Notes: a model not told the origin generated them from the letters alone. DNA of 64,000 nt from Steroidobacteraceae bacterium (GCA_965279665.1 OZ257256.1:1475871-1539870), one strand, 5' to 3'; positions 9,800 to 20,149 are shown, counted from the first letter of the stretch. A program made the numbers and translations.

Positions 9800-11311
9800 A
9801 TGCCTCGCGCTGCAGGATGCGGCCGGGCTTGGCGAGCAGGACTTCTCGGCGCGTTGATCACGGTCGGCGCAGTTGGCGCAGCTCATGCCGGCAGCGGCTG
9901 GATCGAAGTGCGCGATACCGGGATTCGCGCGGATCTGCAGTACCTTGCGGATCAGGGCGTTCTGGCCATTCCTCTCAACACATGGCCGATGCCTGCGGCA
10001 ATGGTGCGGGACGCAATGGATGAGGCCGGCGCGCGGAGTCCATCCAGCTCCGATGCGGACATCACCGATACCTTGAGCCGCGTGCGTAGTTGGCTCGATC
10101 CGGATTCGGCTGATGGCCTGCGCTTCGGCTCGTACGCCGCCGGGTCCGATACGCCACGGCTTCGCGAGCTCGCGGCGGCCTGGCGCGAAGGCGCGGAGTT
10201 CGGTGCGAGCGCCGAAAGTGTCGGCGAACGTGTCAGCGCTCGGCTGGAAGTGTCCGGCACGCGTGCGCGCGGCGGCGAGGAGTCGTTACGGGTCGACGGC
10301 TCGCATGTCTCCGGCGAACTCGCGGGCTGGGTGGTCAGCGCGAATCTCCTCGACCGGCACTGGGGGCCATCCTTCGAGAGCAGCCTGATTCTGTCGGACA
10401 ACGCGCGGCCGATGCCTGCACTGATGCTCGATCGTGCGAGCGCGAAGCCGTTCGAGACGAAATGGCTGCGCTGGATCGGGCCCTGGCGCGCAACCCTGCT
10501 CGCTGCGAGGATGGAAAGCGAACGCGTGGACGTCGATCATCCGCTGTTCCTCGGCGCGCGCGTCGAAATACAGCCGAAGCCGTGGCTGAACATCGGCCTT
10601 TCGCGCACCGCGCAGGCCTGCGGGCGAGGGCGGCCCTGCAATCTGAAGACGCTCAAGGATCTGCTGCTGGGCAATGACAATCTCGGTATCGATGCCACGT
10701 CTGCCACGGAGCCGGGCAACCAGATGGCCGGGTTCGATGTGCGCATCCGGTCGCCGTGGGCGGGCATTCCCGTCGCGGTGTATTCGCAGATGATCGGTGA
10801 AGACGAGTCCGGATATCTGCCGGTGAAGTATCTCGGCCAGTTCGGCGTGGAGACCTGGCGAGTGCTGCCGGGTGGCGGGCAGCTGCGGGCCTTCGTCGAG
10901 TATGCCGACACCACCTGCTCGTTCAATCGTCCCGATCCGCGCTTCAATTGCGCTTACGTGCAGGGCGTCTTCAATCGCGAGGGCTACCGGTATCGCGGAC
11001 GCAGCATCGGTCATACGGCGGATGGCGATGCCGAGATCTGGAGCACAGGTTTGCGATGGCGGACACCGCGCAGCGACGAATGGAACGCGCATCTGCGCAC
11101 CGGCACTTTGAACAGGGACGCTGGCATCGATACTCGCAATACCGTCAGCGCCTTCGCCGCCGACTATTCATCGGCCAGCCTCGGCTGGCGCGGCGCTCGT
11201 GGCTGGGGCGACCTGCAGGTCCAGTTCGGAGTCGAGCGCTACGAGCCGCTGGCGGGTGGCGGGGCGACGGGTGGATTTGGCAGCGTGAGGCTCGAGAAGA
11301 GCTGGCGTTAG
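9800..11311 (+). CDS. wzi: capsule assembly protein Wzi family (outer-membrane beta-barrel lectin), paralogue 1
   Basis: Signal peptide ending 'GAAHA'. N-terminal 'IRADLQYLADQGVLAIPLNTWPM' motif. Also 'HWGPSFESSLILSDNARPMP', 'WLRWIGPW', 'GNQMAGFDVRIRSPW' and 'IGEDESG'. Confidence 0.8.
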   Translation: MPRAAGCGRAWRAGLLGALITVGAVGAAHAGSGWIEVRDTGIRADLQYLADQGVLAIPLNTWPMPAAMVRDAMDEAGARSPSSSDADITDTLSRVRSWLDPDSADGLRFGSYAAGSDTPRLRELAAAWREGAEFGASAESVGERVSARLEVSGTRARGGEESLRVDGSHVSGELAGWVVSANLLDRHWGPSFESSLILSDNARPMPALMLDRASAKPFETKWLRWIGPWRATLLAARMESERVDVDHPLFLGARVEIQPKPWLNIGLSRTAQACGRGRPCNLKTLKDLLLGNDNLGIDATSATEPGNQMAGFDVRIRSPWAGIPVAVYSQMIGEDESGYLPVKYLGQFGVETWRVLPGGGQLRAFVEYADTTCSFNRPDPRFNCAYVQGVFNREGYRYRGRSIGHTADGDAEIWSTGLRWRTPRSDEWNAHLRTGTLNRDAGIDTRNTVSAFAADYSSASLGWRGARGWGDLQVQFGVERYEPLAGGGATGGFGSVRLEKSWR

Positions 11312-11521
11312 TCGAAGAGTGCAAGGTGCTCCAAAGTGAGGCACTCGTGAATCGTGAATTGCCAATGCTTCGGGATTAAGAAGAGCGGCTTGTCAGCTTC
11401 ATCGCATCGCGTTCGCAGAAGCACTGTATCCCAGTGCGACGACCCCGGAGGTTTTCCAGATCTGGCTGGATGGAGGGCGGGTGGATGTGTCGCGATTCGT
11501 TTCGATGTTGCTTCAGGAATA

Positions 11522-11959
11522 CTAGCCTTCGATCAGCGGATTGCGCACCCGCAGTGCCGGCATGCGCGAGAAATCCCGATCCGCCGACCACAGTTCTGAG
11601 ATTCCATGACTGATGCAGATCGCGGCGATGCGCGCATCGTGAATCTGCGATCCAGCGAGTTTTCCTCTGGTCACCAACTGATCGAGGATTTCGAGATGTC
11701 GCGGGCCTTCGCCTAGCAGATCGCAGTTGGACTCGGCTTCAAGGGCGCGCAGCGTTGCGAGCGCGTCGGCGGGAGAGGTCGCGCTCTTCAGGCGGCGAGC
11801 ATTCGTGACCGTCGCGAAGAATTCATACACCGCTGGCCAAGGAATCGCCCACCGGGATGGCCCCGCTTGCAAGCGCGAAATGCAGCTCTTCGCTTGTGCA
11901 TGCCATGGCGAGTCGGCGCGGTGGGCGTAGACGAGAATGTTCGTATCGAGCGCAATCAT
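11522..11959 (-). CDS. vapC: type II toxin VapC (PIN-domain ribonuclease)
   Basis: 145 aa with PIN acidic residues in 'IALDTNILV', 'VYEFF', 'IHDARIAAI' and 'SADRDF'. It overlaps the upstream antitoxin by 4 nt. Confidence 0.88.
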   Translation of the reverse strand: MIALDTNILVYAHRADSPWHAQAKSCISRLQAGPSRWAIPWPAVYEFFATVTNARRLKSATSPADALATLRALEAESNCDLLGEGPRHLEILDQLVTRGKLAGSQIHDARIAAICISHGISELWSADRDFSRMPALRVRNPLIEG

Positions 11960-12252
11960 GTGTTCGGTGGATACGGCTCGATCCCGAGCATTTTCTTCTC
12001 GCGGTCTTCGTAGTCGTCGTAAATGGCCTGCATCAAGCCGAGCTTGTCGTAAGGAGGCAGCAGCCAGCCTTCGCCCGACGTCGGCAGCGGGGTTGGCGTT
12101 CTCGCCGCGCCCGACGCGCGCTCTTTCAGCACGGCCCGCAATCCGTCTTCCACCAGTGCGCGAACGGTGGTGCCATCGCGCTGCGCAATCTTGCGGGCGC
12201 GCTCGAGCAGGGCGTCCGTGATTTCTATCGTAGTCTTCATATGGGTAGCCAT
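11956..12252 (-). CDS. vapB: type II antitoxin, VapB-like (N-terminal ribbon-helix-helix-like DNA-binding segment)
   Basis: '[42 protein letters not shown]'. The start is ATG 12252 or ATG 12240. The ORF-track extension to 12351 is unlikely. It is translationally coupled to vapC. Confidence 0.75.
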   Translation of the reverse strand: MATHMKTTIEITDALLERARKIAQRDGTTVRALVEDGLRAVLKERASGAARTPTPLPTSGEGWLLPPYDKLGLMQAIYDDYEDREKKMLGIEPYPPNT

Positions 12253-12276
12253 ATTACTCCACCCATACGTATGGGT
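12239..12276 (-). promoter_or_regulatory. candidate VapB autoregulatory operator
   Basis: A perfect 16-bp palindrome ACCCATACGTATGGGT (12261-12276) lies immediately 5' of vapB. An inverted repeat ATATGG-gtag-CCATAT (12239-12254) spans the start codons. Confidence 0.45.
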
Positions 12277-12433
12277 CATACTTCTGCGGCATCGCCGCGC
12301 CGCTCGACGGTTGAAGCATCGCAGCAACCCGGCGCGCCGCCTGACCCCCATTTGTGGCGCAAACGCCTGATTTCATTGCACCGACCCCGCTCGGCCACGT
12401 ATTATGTCGGGATAGGTCAAGGGGGGTTTCCCG

Positions 12434-13948
12434 TTGTTTTACAAGCACTTGCTGCGTTTCGTTGCAGCAGTTTCCTGTATCTGTGCCACGCCGGCAGCGG
12501 TCGCGGACCCCTGGCTGGCCCCCGGCGACCTCGGATTGCGGCATGACATCGAACTTCTGGCTGACGAAGGCATCATCCGCTCGCCCGTCACCACCTGGCC
12601 GATGTCCTGGCCCGATATCGCGCGCGACGTGCTCGCCGCGTCGACTGCATCCACGCAGAACCCGCTGATCGAAGGCGCTTTGCAACGCGTCGCGCGCGCC
12701 GCCCGTGCGGCGTCCACGCCGGGGCCCGGCGGCCTCGAGATCCGCGTCGCCGGCGCTGCAGAACCCACCGAACTGCGCACCTTCAGCGACACACCGCGTG
12801 ATCAGGGCGAAGCCGCCGCCGCGATGTCATGGCTCGGCGAGCGCTTCGCCGCGCGACTCGAAGTCACCGCCGCCGCAGATCCGATCGATAACGCCACCGT
12901 GCGTCTCGATGGCTCGTATGTCGGCGTGAACGTCGGCAATTTCATGATCTCCGGCGGCCTCATGCAGCGCTGGTGGGGACCCGGATGGGAGGGCAGCCTG
13001 ATCCTCGGCACGAATGCTCGGCCGATTCCGAGCCTCACGGTGGAACGCAATTACACCGATGCATTCAAGACGCCATGGTTGCGCTGGATCGGACCGTGGC
13101 GCGCGAGCCTCGCGGTGGGACAGGCAGATCGCGGTGACACCGCTCGCGACGGCACGCTGGCCGTGCTGCCGGACGTGAAGTACCTTGCCGCGCGCGTGAA
13201 CTTCAAGCCCAAGCCCTGGCTCGAGTTCGCGCTGACGCGGAGCGCGCAGTTCTGCGGCCAAGGACGCGAGTGCAATCTCGGCACCGTGGGTGATCTGCTC
13301 CTCGGCAGGGACAATCAGGTGGTCAACGGCAGCACCGCTACGCAGCCCGGCAATCAGATGGCCGGCTACGATGTTCGCGTCCGATCGCCTTGGAAGAAGT
13401 TGCCGGTCGCAGGTTATTTGCAGTTGATCGGCGAAGACGAAGCGAGCGGTCTGCCGAGCAAGTTCATGGGACTGCTCGGCGGCGAAGTGTGGGGCGCCAA
13501 CCGGTTCGGCAGCTGGAGATTGCGTGGCGAGTTCGCGGATTCCGCGTGCACCTTCACGCGCAGCACGCCCCAGTTCGATTGCGGCTACCGCAACGGCCTT
13601 TTCCCGCAGGGCTACACCTACCGCGGTCGGGTGATCGGGCATTCTATGGATAACGATGGTCGGATGTACTCCGCTGCGGCTTTGCTCGTGCGACCTTCAG
13701 GTGAAACCTGGAGCCTGCTGGTTCGAAAGGTGAATCTGAATCGCGGCGGCGGGTTGGATTCAGCGCATGCGTTGAGCCCAGGCCCGGCCGAGATCAAGAA
13801 CGTCGAGCTCCAGTACAATCGTGGGCTGAAGTTGGGTGGCCTCGGCTCCGGTCAGTTGAGAATTGGCCTCGGCTTCGATGATTCATCGGGTCCTGTGCGG
13901 CAGTCGACGGACCTACGAGGCTTTCTGGAATGGCGACAGGGATTCTGA
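12434..13948 (+). CDS. wzi: capsule assembly protein Wzi family, paralogue 2
   Basis: TTG start and signal peptide 'FYKHLLRFVAAVSCICATPAAVA'. Also 'LRHDIELLADEGIIRSPVTTWPM', 'WWGPGWEGSLILGTNARPIP', 'WLRWIGPW', 'GNQMAGYDVRVRSPW' and 'IGEDEASG'. Confidence 0.8.
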   Translation: MFYKHLLRFVAAVSCICATPAAVADPWLAPGDLGLRHDIELLADEGIIRSPVTTWPMSWPDIARDVLAASTASTQNPLIEGALQRVARAARAASTPGPGGLEIRVAGAAEPTELRTFSDTPRDQGEAAAAMSWLGERFAARLEVTAAADPIDNATVRLDGSYVGVNVGNFMISGGLMQRWWGPGWEGSLILGTNARPIPSLTVERNYTDAFKTPWLRWIGPWRASLAVGQADRGDTARDGTLAVLPDVKYLAARVNFKPKPWLEFALTRSAQFCGQGRECNLGTVGDLLLGRDNQVVNGSTATQPGNQMAGYDVRVRSPWKKLPVAGYLQLIGEDEASGLPSKFMGLLGGEVWGANRFGSWRLRGEFADSACTFTRSTPQFDCGYRNGLFPQGYTYRGRVIGHSMDNDGRMYSAAALLVRPSGETWSLLVRKVNLNRGGGLDSAHALSPGPAEIKNVELQYNRGLKLGGLGSGQLRIGLGFDDSSGPVRQSTDLRGFLEWRQGF

Positions 13949-16764
13949 TGCGCAGCGTGCAATCGACATTCGCGACTCTCGCGGGGCCCTTCATTCTGGC
14001 TGCATCGCTGACACTCGCCTTCAGCGCCGCGCCATCGTTTGGACAGGTGCCCTCGGCCGAACAGATCGAGCTGCTGCGAACACTAAGTCCGGAAGATCGC
14101 GCAGCGCTGATGCAGCAGCTCGGCATCGGCGATTCTTCGATGGGCGCGAGCGCCGCGGCGAGCAAGGATCGTGACACGGGCAGCGGCGCCGCAAGTCGTG
14201 GTGCCAGCCTCGCAGACCTGCAGCGCCTCGATACGACGTTGAAGGCCGACGACAGCGTCCTGATCGACATCGATTTCATCAAGGCGAAACCTGCAAGAGT
14301 CGAGTCTCCGGGGCCGGGCCTTCCGCCCGTGTCCGTTCCTGGGGAGCCGGCGCCCACATATGAGCCGCAAGAGCGGCTGGAGCTCGAGCGCGTCATTGCA
14401 CTGATCCGGGCCCGCAATCCGTATGTGATCAATCGTACGGGCGCCCTTGAGCTGCCCGGCTTCCTGCCGATCGTCCTGGCGGGGCTTTCCGACGAGCAGG
14501 CGACCCGACGTTTGTCGGTGGAGCCATCATTGCTGAAGCTCGCAGTGAAGGTAACGCGCTTGCCGGTCGCCAAGCAGGGCGTCGCCGCGCTGAAGCCCTT
14601 CGGCTATGACCTGTTCAGCGAATCCCCCTCGACGTTCGCCCCGGTGACGGACGTGCCGGTCCCGAGTGACTACATCGTCGGTGCGGGTGATGAGCTGATG
14701 GTGCAGCTCTATGGCAGCCAGAACCGCAGCTTCAGATTGACTGTGGGTCGGGATGGCCGCGTCAACTTCCCGGAGCTCGGGCCGATTTCCGTAGCGGGCC
14801 AGCGATTCAATGCCGTGGCGGCCAGTCTCGAGTCGCGCGTATCTCGCCAGATGATCGGCGTGCGTGCCTCCGTAAGCATGGGGGACACCCGTTCGATTCG
14901 CGTGTTCGTGCTTGGCGAAGCGAATCGTCCTGGCTCCTACACGATCAGCGGATTGGGCAGCGTCACCACAGCGCTGTTCGCCTCGGGCGGAGTGAAATCA
15001 ATCGGCTCGCTGCGCGATATCCAGCTGAAGCGCCAGGGTGCCGTGATTCGGCGCATCGATCTTTATGATCTGCTGATCCGCGGCGACACCAGCAATGACG
15101 CGAAGCTGCTGCAGGGCGACGTGATCTTCATCCCGCCCGCCGGGCCGACTGCGGCAATCGATGGCGAAGTTCGGCGTCCAGCCGTTTACGAGCTCAAGGG
15201 CGAGACGAATGTTGCGGATCTGGTGGCGCTCGCCGGCGGGCTGACGTCCGAAGCGGATAACAGCCGTGCTGCCGTCGTGCGCATCAATGAGCAGCGTCAG
15301 CGCGTAGTGTTGAACGTGCCGCTGAACACGGCCGAGGGCCGAAGCGAACGACTGCGCAATGGTGACAGCCTGCGCGTGCTGCGGCTTCGCCCAACCCTGG
15401 ATTCCGGCGTCGCGATCGAGGGCTTTGTGTTCCGGCCCGGCGTCGTCGCGTGGCGCGAAGGACTGCGCCTGTCCGATGTGATTCCGTCGGTGGATGATCT
15501 GCGGCCGAACGCGGACCTCAACTATCTGGTGATCCGACGCGAACTCCCTCCCGATCGGCGCGTTGCGGTGCTGTCTGCCGACCTTTCGGCGGCGCTGAGG
15601 GCGCCTGGCTCATCGAGCGATGTCCAGCTCGCGCCGCGGGATCGGATCATCGTGTTCGACGTGGAGTCCGGGCGCCAGCAGGTGCTGGCTCCTTTGATCG
15701 ACGAGCTGAAGAGGCAGTCGCGGCTCGACCGCCCGACGGAGGTCGTCAGTGTGGCGGGGCGAGTGAAGGCTGCCGGCGATTATCCGCTCGAGCCGGGCAT
15801 GCGCATCAGTGACCTGCTGCGCGCCGGCGGCAATCTGCAGGACGCTGCCTACGGAGCGAAGGCGGAGCTCACCAGATATCGTGTCAGTTCCGGGGGGCGT
15901 GAAACCGAACTGATCGAAGTGGATCTGGCGGCCGTGAATCGTGGCGACGCGACCGCAAACGTACTGCTGCAGCCGTTCGACTACCTGAACGTGAAGGAAT
16001 TGCCCGAGTGGGGTGAGCAGGAGCAGGTCACCGTCTCCGGCGAAGTGCGTTTCCCGGGAACTTACCCGATCCGCCGCGGCGAGACGCTGCGCTCCATCCT
16101 CGATCGTGCTGGCGGTCTGACGAGCCTTGCGTTCCCGAGCGGCGCGGTATTCACGCGCGTGGAGCTTCAGCAGCGCGAGCAGCAGCAGATCGACCGGCTC
16201 GCGGAACGCCTGCAGAGCGATCTTGCCGTCGCAGCACTGCAGGGCTCACAGGCCAACCAGGCTGGAGCAGGACAAGCTCTCGCCGTAGGCCAGTCGCTGC
16301 TGAGCCAGTTGAAAGGCGCGAAGGCCGTTGGACGGCTCGTCATCGATCTCGACCGCGTCATCGCCAGCGCCCCGAATTCCGCGAACGACGTCGTGCTGCG
16401 AAGCGGCGATCAGTTGATCATTCCGAAGACGAAGCAGGAAGTCACCGTGATCGGCGAAGTGCAGAACACGACGTCGCATCTGTACCGCGAATCCCTCGGG
16501 CGCGACGACTACATTGCGCTGAGCGGTGGTCTGACTCGGAAGGCCGATGACGGCAGGATCTACGTGGTGCGTGCGGACGGCAGCGTGATTTCGAGCGAGA
16601 GCAGCGGCTGGTTCCGTCGCGGATCGCAGGTCGCGATCAGACCCGGAGACACGATCGTGGCGCCGCTCGATACGGAGCGGCTGCCTACCCTCCCGCTGTG
16701 GCAGGCCGTGACCCAGATTGTCTACAACCTCGCCATTGCGGCTGCGGCCGTGAATTCCTTCTGA
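13948..16764 (+). CDS. large outer-membrane polysaccharide export protein (OPX; Poly_export domain plus multiple SLBB repeats)
   Basis: Non-lipoprotein signal peptide '[32 protein letters not shown]'. '[18 protein letters not shown]' Poly_export motif. Repeated 'GEV..PG.Y....G.(T)L.d.i..AGG' SLBB units. Hydrophobic C-terminal helix '[18 protein letters not shown]'. The ATG at 13948 overlaps the wzi stop; an alternative ATG is at 13930. Confidence 0.85.
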   Translation: MRSVQSTFATLAGPFILAASLTLAFSAAPSFGQVPSAEQIELLRTLSPEDRAALMQQLGIGDSSMGASAAASKDRDTGSGAASRGASLADLQRLDTTLKADDSVLIDIDFIKAKPARVESPGPGLPPVSVPGEPAPTYEPQERLELERVIALIRARNPYVINRTGALELPGFLPIVLAGLSDEQATRRLSVEPSLLKLAVKVTRLPVAKQGVAALKPFGYDLFSESPSTFAPVTDVPVPSDYIVGAGDELMVQLYGSQNRSFRLTVGRDGRVNFPELGPISVAGQRFNAVAASLESRVSRQMIGVRASVSMGDTRSIRVFVLGEANRPGSYTISGLGSVTTALFASGGVKSIGSLRDIQLKRQGAVIRRIDLYDLLIRGDTSNDAKLLQGDVIFIPPAGPTAAIDGEVRRPAVYELKGETNVADLVALAGGLTSEADNSRAAVVRINEQRQRVVLNVPLNTAEGRSERLRNGDSLRVLRLRPTLDSGVAIEGFVFRPGVVAWREGLRLSDVIPSVDDLRPNADLNYLVIRRELPPDRRVAVLSADLSAALRAPGSSSDVQLAPRDRIIVFDVESGRQQVLAPLIDELKRQSRLDRPTEVVSVAGRVKAAGDYPLEPGMRISDLLRAGGNLQDAAYGAKAELTRYRVSSGGRETELIEVDLAAVNRGDATANVLLQPFDYLNVKELPEWGEQEQVTVSGEVRFPGTYPIRRGETLRSILDRAGGLTSLAFPSGAVFTRVELQQREQQQIDRLAERLQSDLAVAALQGSQANQAGAGQALAVGQSLLSQLKGAKAVGRLVIDLDRVIASAPNSANDVVLRSGDQLIIPKTKQEVTVIGEVQNTTSHLYRESLGRDDYIALSGGLTRKADDGRIYVVRADGSVISSESSGWFRRGSQVAIRPGDTIVAPLDTERLPTLPLWQAVTQIVYNLAIAAAAVNSF

Positions 16765-16780
16765 ACCCGGAGATCCCGAA

Positions 16781-17737
16781 TTGACGACTGCTAACGCATA
16801 TCCGCGCAGGATCGCCGTGACGGGCGGCGCCGGCTTTCTCGGGTCCCATCTGTGCGCCAGATTGCTGGCGGATGGTCACGAAGTGCTCTGTATCGACAAC
16901 TTCTTCACCGGTCGCCGCAGCAATGTCGCGCACATGCTCGCCAATCCACGGTTCGAGCTCATGCGGCATGACGTCACTTTCCCGCTGTACGTGGAAGTCG
17001 ACGAAATCTACAACCTCGCCTGTCCCGCCTCGCCTATCCACTATCAGTTCGATCCCGTACAGACGACCAAGACCAGCGTGCATGGTGCGATCAACATGCT
17101 GGGGCTCGCCAAGCGCGTCAAGGCCAAGATCTTTCAAGCCTCGACCAGTGAAGTTTACGGGGATCCTGCGGTACATCCCCAGACCGAAAGCTATTGGGGG
17201 AACGTCAATCCGGTCGGGATCCGGTCTTGCTACGACGAGGGCAAGCGATGCGCGGAAACGCTGTTTTTCGACTACTGGCGGCAGCACAAGCTTCGCATCA
17301 AGGTTGCGCGGATCTTCAATACCTACGGCCCGAACATGCACCCGGCCGATGGTCGCGTCGTGTCCAACTTCATCGTTCAGGCGCTTCGTGGCGATCCGAT
17401 CACGGTGTACGGCAAGGGCGATCAGACGCGCGCTTTCTGCTACGTTGATGATCTGATAGAGGGATTCGTACGTCTGATGGCGACGAACGATGACATCACC
17501 GGGCCGATAAACCTCGGTAATCCTGGTGAGTTCACTATTCTCGAGCTCGCGGAACTTGTAATTGGGCTTACCAAATCGCGTTCGACGATAGTATTCGCGC
17601 CGCTACCCAGCGATGACCCGATGCAGCGGAGACCGGATATTGGCATGGCACAGAGTGTGCTCGGCTGGGAGCCCAGGGTTCCACTAGTGGAGGGGCTGGG
17701 CCATACGATCCGTTACTTCAGGGAACTTGTGACTTGA
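16781..17737 (+). CDS. UDP-glucuronate decarboxylase (UDP-xylose synthase)
   Basis: '[16 protein letters not shown]', 'IDNFFTGR', '[15 protein letters not shown]', '[10 protein letters not shown]', '[14 protein letters not shown]' and 'IFNTYGP' match the UXS family throughout. Confidence 0.92.
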   Translation: MTTANAYPRRIAVTGGAGFLGSHLCARLLADGHEVLCIDNFFTGRRSNVAHMLANPRFELMRHDVTFPLYVEVDEIYNLACPASPIHYQFDPVQTTKTSVHGAINMLGLAKRVKAKIFQASTSEVYGDPAVHPQTESYWGNVNPVGIRSCYDEGKRCAETLFFDYWRQHKLRIKVARIFNTYGPNMHPADGRVVSNFIVQALRGDPITVYGKGDQTRAFCYVDDLIEGFVRLMATNDDITGPINLGNPGEFTILELAELVIGLTKSRSTIVFAPLPSDDPMQRRPDIGMAQSVLGWEPRVPLVEGLGHTIRYFRELVT

Positions 17738-17744
17738 TCATTCG

Positions 17745-18710
17745 GTGCTCGAAATTGGATTTGGAGCGAGTTGCTTCGCGGGTGCGGAGATGAGCGTCGA
17801 TGCCCCGTCGGGCGTGATCGCGAATACGCTGCTAGCGGAGATCTTTCGCGCGCTGTTGCGCCGATGGTGGATCCCTGCACTCACGGTAATGGTGTGCGCG
17901 GGGCTCGCTGTCTTCTATGCAATCAACGCACCGCGGGTCTACCGTGCAGAGACACTGCTGGTACCCACCGCCGAGGAACGGGTCGGTCTGGGTGGCGGCG
18001 ATCTTGCGCGCTTTGCGTCGCAGTTTAGCGGCTTATCCTCCCTGGTCGGCCTGGCTGGTGGAAGCACGGGTAGCGGCAAGGAGATCGCGATGGCAACGCT
18101 CACATCGCGCGGATTTCAGGCACGCTTGGTCGACGAACTGGGACTGATGCGAGTGTTCTTTGAGGATCGGTGGGATCCAGAAAGCAGATCGTTCCAACCC
18201 TCGTGGACCGGCGCGGTGCCCACAGTCGACGACGCCATAAAGTATTTTAATGAGCAGGTTTTCTCGGTTTCCGAAGATCGGAAGACAGGCCTTCTGCGTC
18301 TGCGGATCGAGTGGTACGACCGCAAGATCGCCGCGGAGTGGGCCAACGAGATCGTTCGACGCATCAACGAGTCGATGCGTGCGCAGGCCAGCGCGGAGGC
18401 AAAGCGGAGCATTGAGTTTCTGGAAGCGGAACTTAAGCGAACGAACAACCTCGAAGTGCAGAGATCGATTTACAGCCTCATGGAAGCGCAGGTAAATCGG
18501 ATCATGCTCGCGAATGTTCGCGAGCAGTACGCGTTCCGGGTGCTGGATTTCGCGGTTCCCCCGTCGGAGCGAAACTCGGTGCGACCACGCAAGGTCCGGA
18601 TAGTGCTTATCGGACTGATGGTCGGGATCGGCCTGGGTGTCGGTCTGATTCTGCTTTTCGAGATAACGCTGCCGCGGCGGAAAGCGCTCGCGGTTGGCAG
18701 CTTGAGGTAG
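17745..18710 (+). CDS. Wzz-like polysaccharide co-polymerase / chain-length determinant without a kinase domain
   Basis: N-terminal TM followed by 'PRVYRAETLLVP'. Long coiled-coil periplasmic region. C-terminal 'RPRKVRIVLIGLMVGIGLGVGLILLF' TM. The start may be ATG 17790. Confidence 0.75.
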   Translation: MLEIGFGASCFAGAEMSVDAPSGVIANTLLAEIFRALLRRWWIPALTVMVCAGLAVFYAINAPRVYRAETLLVPTAEERVGLGGGDLARFASQFSGLSSLVGLAGGSTGSGKEIAMATLTSRGFQARLVDELGLMRVFFEDRWDPESRSFQPSWTGAVPTVDDAIKYFNEQVFSVSEDRKTGLLRLRIEWYDRKIAAEWANEIVRRINESMRAQASAEAKRSIEFLEAELKRTNNLEVQRSIYSLMEAQVNRIMLANVREQYAFRVLDFAVPPSERNSVRPRKVRIVLIGLMVGIGLGVGLILLFEITLPRRKALAVGSLR

Positions 18711-18716
18711 CGCCGC

Positions 18717-19565
18717 GTGGAAGAGGTCGACGGTTTCAAAGCATTCACTCTCCGTTCACGGAGCTGCGCCCGCAGCGTCGCAAGAATCATGTTGAAGCGG
18801 GTTCGGCGGGATCGCAGCGTGGTGGCTGATGAATATCACCGCGGGCACTGGGCTCGGGTCTTGGAGCGTCGCGCGTGGGACGGCGCGTTCAATCTCGAAG
18901 CGTTTCTTGTCGGGGATGACGACCGCGAGATCTTCGCGCGCGCCGAGTCGCGAGTCCATCGAACACGCGTTCAGGATTACTATCGCTATCGTCTTCAAGC
19001 CTTGCCTAAGCTGCTTGAGGAGATGATCGGTGGGCGCGACGGGGTCGTCGAACTTGGGAGCGGATTTGGCTACAACCTCTTTGCGTTGTCGCTGGCCTGG
19101 CCAGGTTCCACGATGACTGGTCTTGAGCTCTCGGAGAATGGACTCGAGGCGGCGGGCGCAATCGCGGGGCATTTTCGCCTCGGCGACAGACTTCAGTTCA
19201 ACCAGATCGACCTCACGGTCCGGGGTCATCCCGGATTCGCAAGCGTTCGAGGGCGACCGGTGTTTACGTTCTTCTGTCTGGAACAGATTCCGTACGATAT
19301 CGAAGCAGTGGTCGCAAACATTCTCGATGCGCAGCCGTCGCGCATCGTGAACATCGAGCCAAGCATCGATATGTTTCGGCCATACCGATTCTCGGACTGG
19401 CCGAACTACCTGTACGTGAAGTCGGTGGACTACCAGACGCGCCTGACAGAAGTGCTAGCTTCGCTGGAGGCTCGTGGACGAATCAGAATCGTCGAGCGCC
19501 GCAGGATGCCGTTCTCGCCGACCATTCAGAACGAGGGTTTAGCAGTCGCATGGGAGCCGGTCTAA
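18717..19565 (+). CDS. class I SAM-dependent methyltransferase
   Basis: Motif I 'VVELGSGFGYNL' and motif II-like 'VFTFFCLEQIP'. It overlaps the next gene. Confidence 0.65.
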   Translation: MEEVDGFKAFTLRSRSCARSVARIMLKRVRRDRSVVADEYHRGHWARVLERRAWDGAFNLEAFLVGDDDREIFARAESRVHRTRVQDYYRYRLQALPKLLEEMIGGRDGVVELGSGFGYNLFALSLAWPGSTMTGLELSENGLEAAGAIAGHFRLGDRLQFNQIDLTVRGHPGFASVRGRPVFTFFCLEQIPYDIEAVVANILDAQPSRIVNIEPSIDMFRPYRFSDWPNYLYVKSVDYQTRLTEVLASLEARGRIRIVERRRMPFSPTIQNEGLAVAWEPV

Positions 19566-20149
19566 TGTCGATCGATGGTCTTGACTATTCTGCAGCCTTT
19601 CGCGCGGCGATTGACGCGGCTCGGGACCGGCTCGCGCGGTTGGTCGTAGAATCGGACCAAGTCGCCGCCGCAGCAGGCCTACTCATCGCGTGTTTCCGAG
19701 CCGGCGGCAAGGTCATGTTCTGCGGCAATGGCGGCTCAGCGGCCGACAGCCAACACCTTGCAGCCGAGTTCATGGGACGCTATCTCAAGGATCGCGATCC
19801 GCTACCGTCGATCGCACTGACCGTGGACACTTCGGCGCTCACGGCCATCGGCAACGACTATGGCTACGAGCAAGTGTTCTCTCGCCAGCTGCGCGGAATC
19901 GGTCGTGGCGGCGACGTCCTGGTCGGAATCTCCACGAGCGGTAACAGCGGGAACGTCGTGCGTGCGTTCGAGGCTGCACGTGAAATGGGCATCTCGACCC
20001 TGGCGCTCACTGGAGCGGGCGGCGGTCTCCTCGCTGATCTGGCCGATATCGCCATCAAGGTGCCGAGTTCGCGAACGAATGAGATTCAGGAGATGCACAT
20101 CATGATCGGCCACATGCTGTGCGGGTTCGTTGAGGACGCTGTTTGCTGA
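19565..20149 (+). CDS. gmhA: D-sedoheptulose-7-phosphate isomerase (SIS domain)
   Basis: 'FCGNGGSAADSQHLAAEF', 'LTVDTSALTAIGNDYGY', 'GISTSGNSGNV' and 'EIQEMHIMIGHMLC'. The ATG at 19565 overlaps the upstream stop (TAATG). An alternative ATG is at 19550. Confidence 0.9.
   Translation: MSIDGLDYSAAFRAAIDAARDRLARLVVESDQVAAAAGLLIACFRAGGKVMFCGNGGSAADSQHLAAEFMGRYLKDRDPLPSIALTVDTSALTAIGNDYGYEQVFSRQLRGIGRGGDVLVGISTSGNSGNVVRAFEAAREMGISTLALTGAGGGLLADLADIAIKVPSSRTNEIQEMHIMIGHMLCGFVEDAVC

Noticed and set aside
8180-9886. 568-aa minus-strand ORF
   Set aside because: It is antisense to pgi and has no recognisable motifs. This is a high-GC artefact.
11312-12433. Mobile-element signatures around the two vapBC islets (also 49604-51158)
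   Set aside because: I found no transposase or integrase ORF, no terminal inverted repeats and no direct-repeat target duplications. They are therefore reported only as TA modules.
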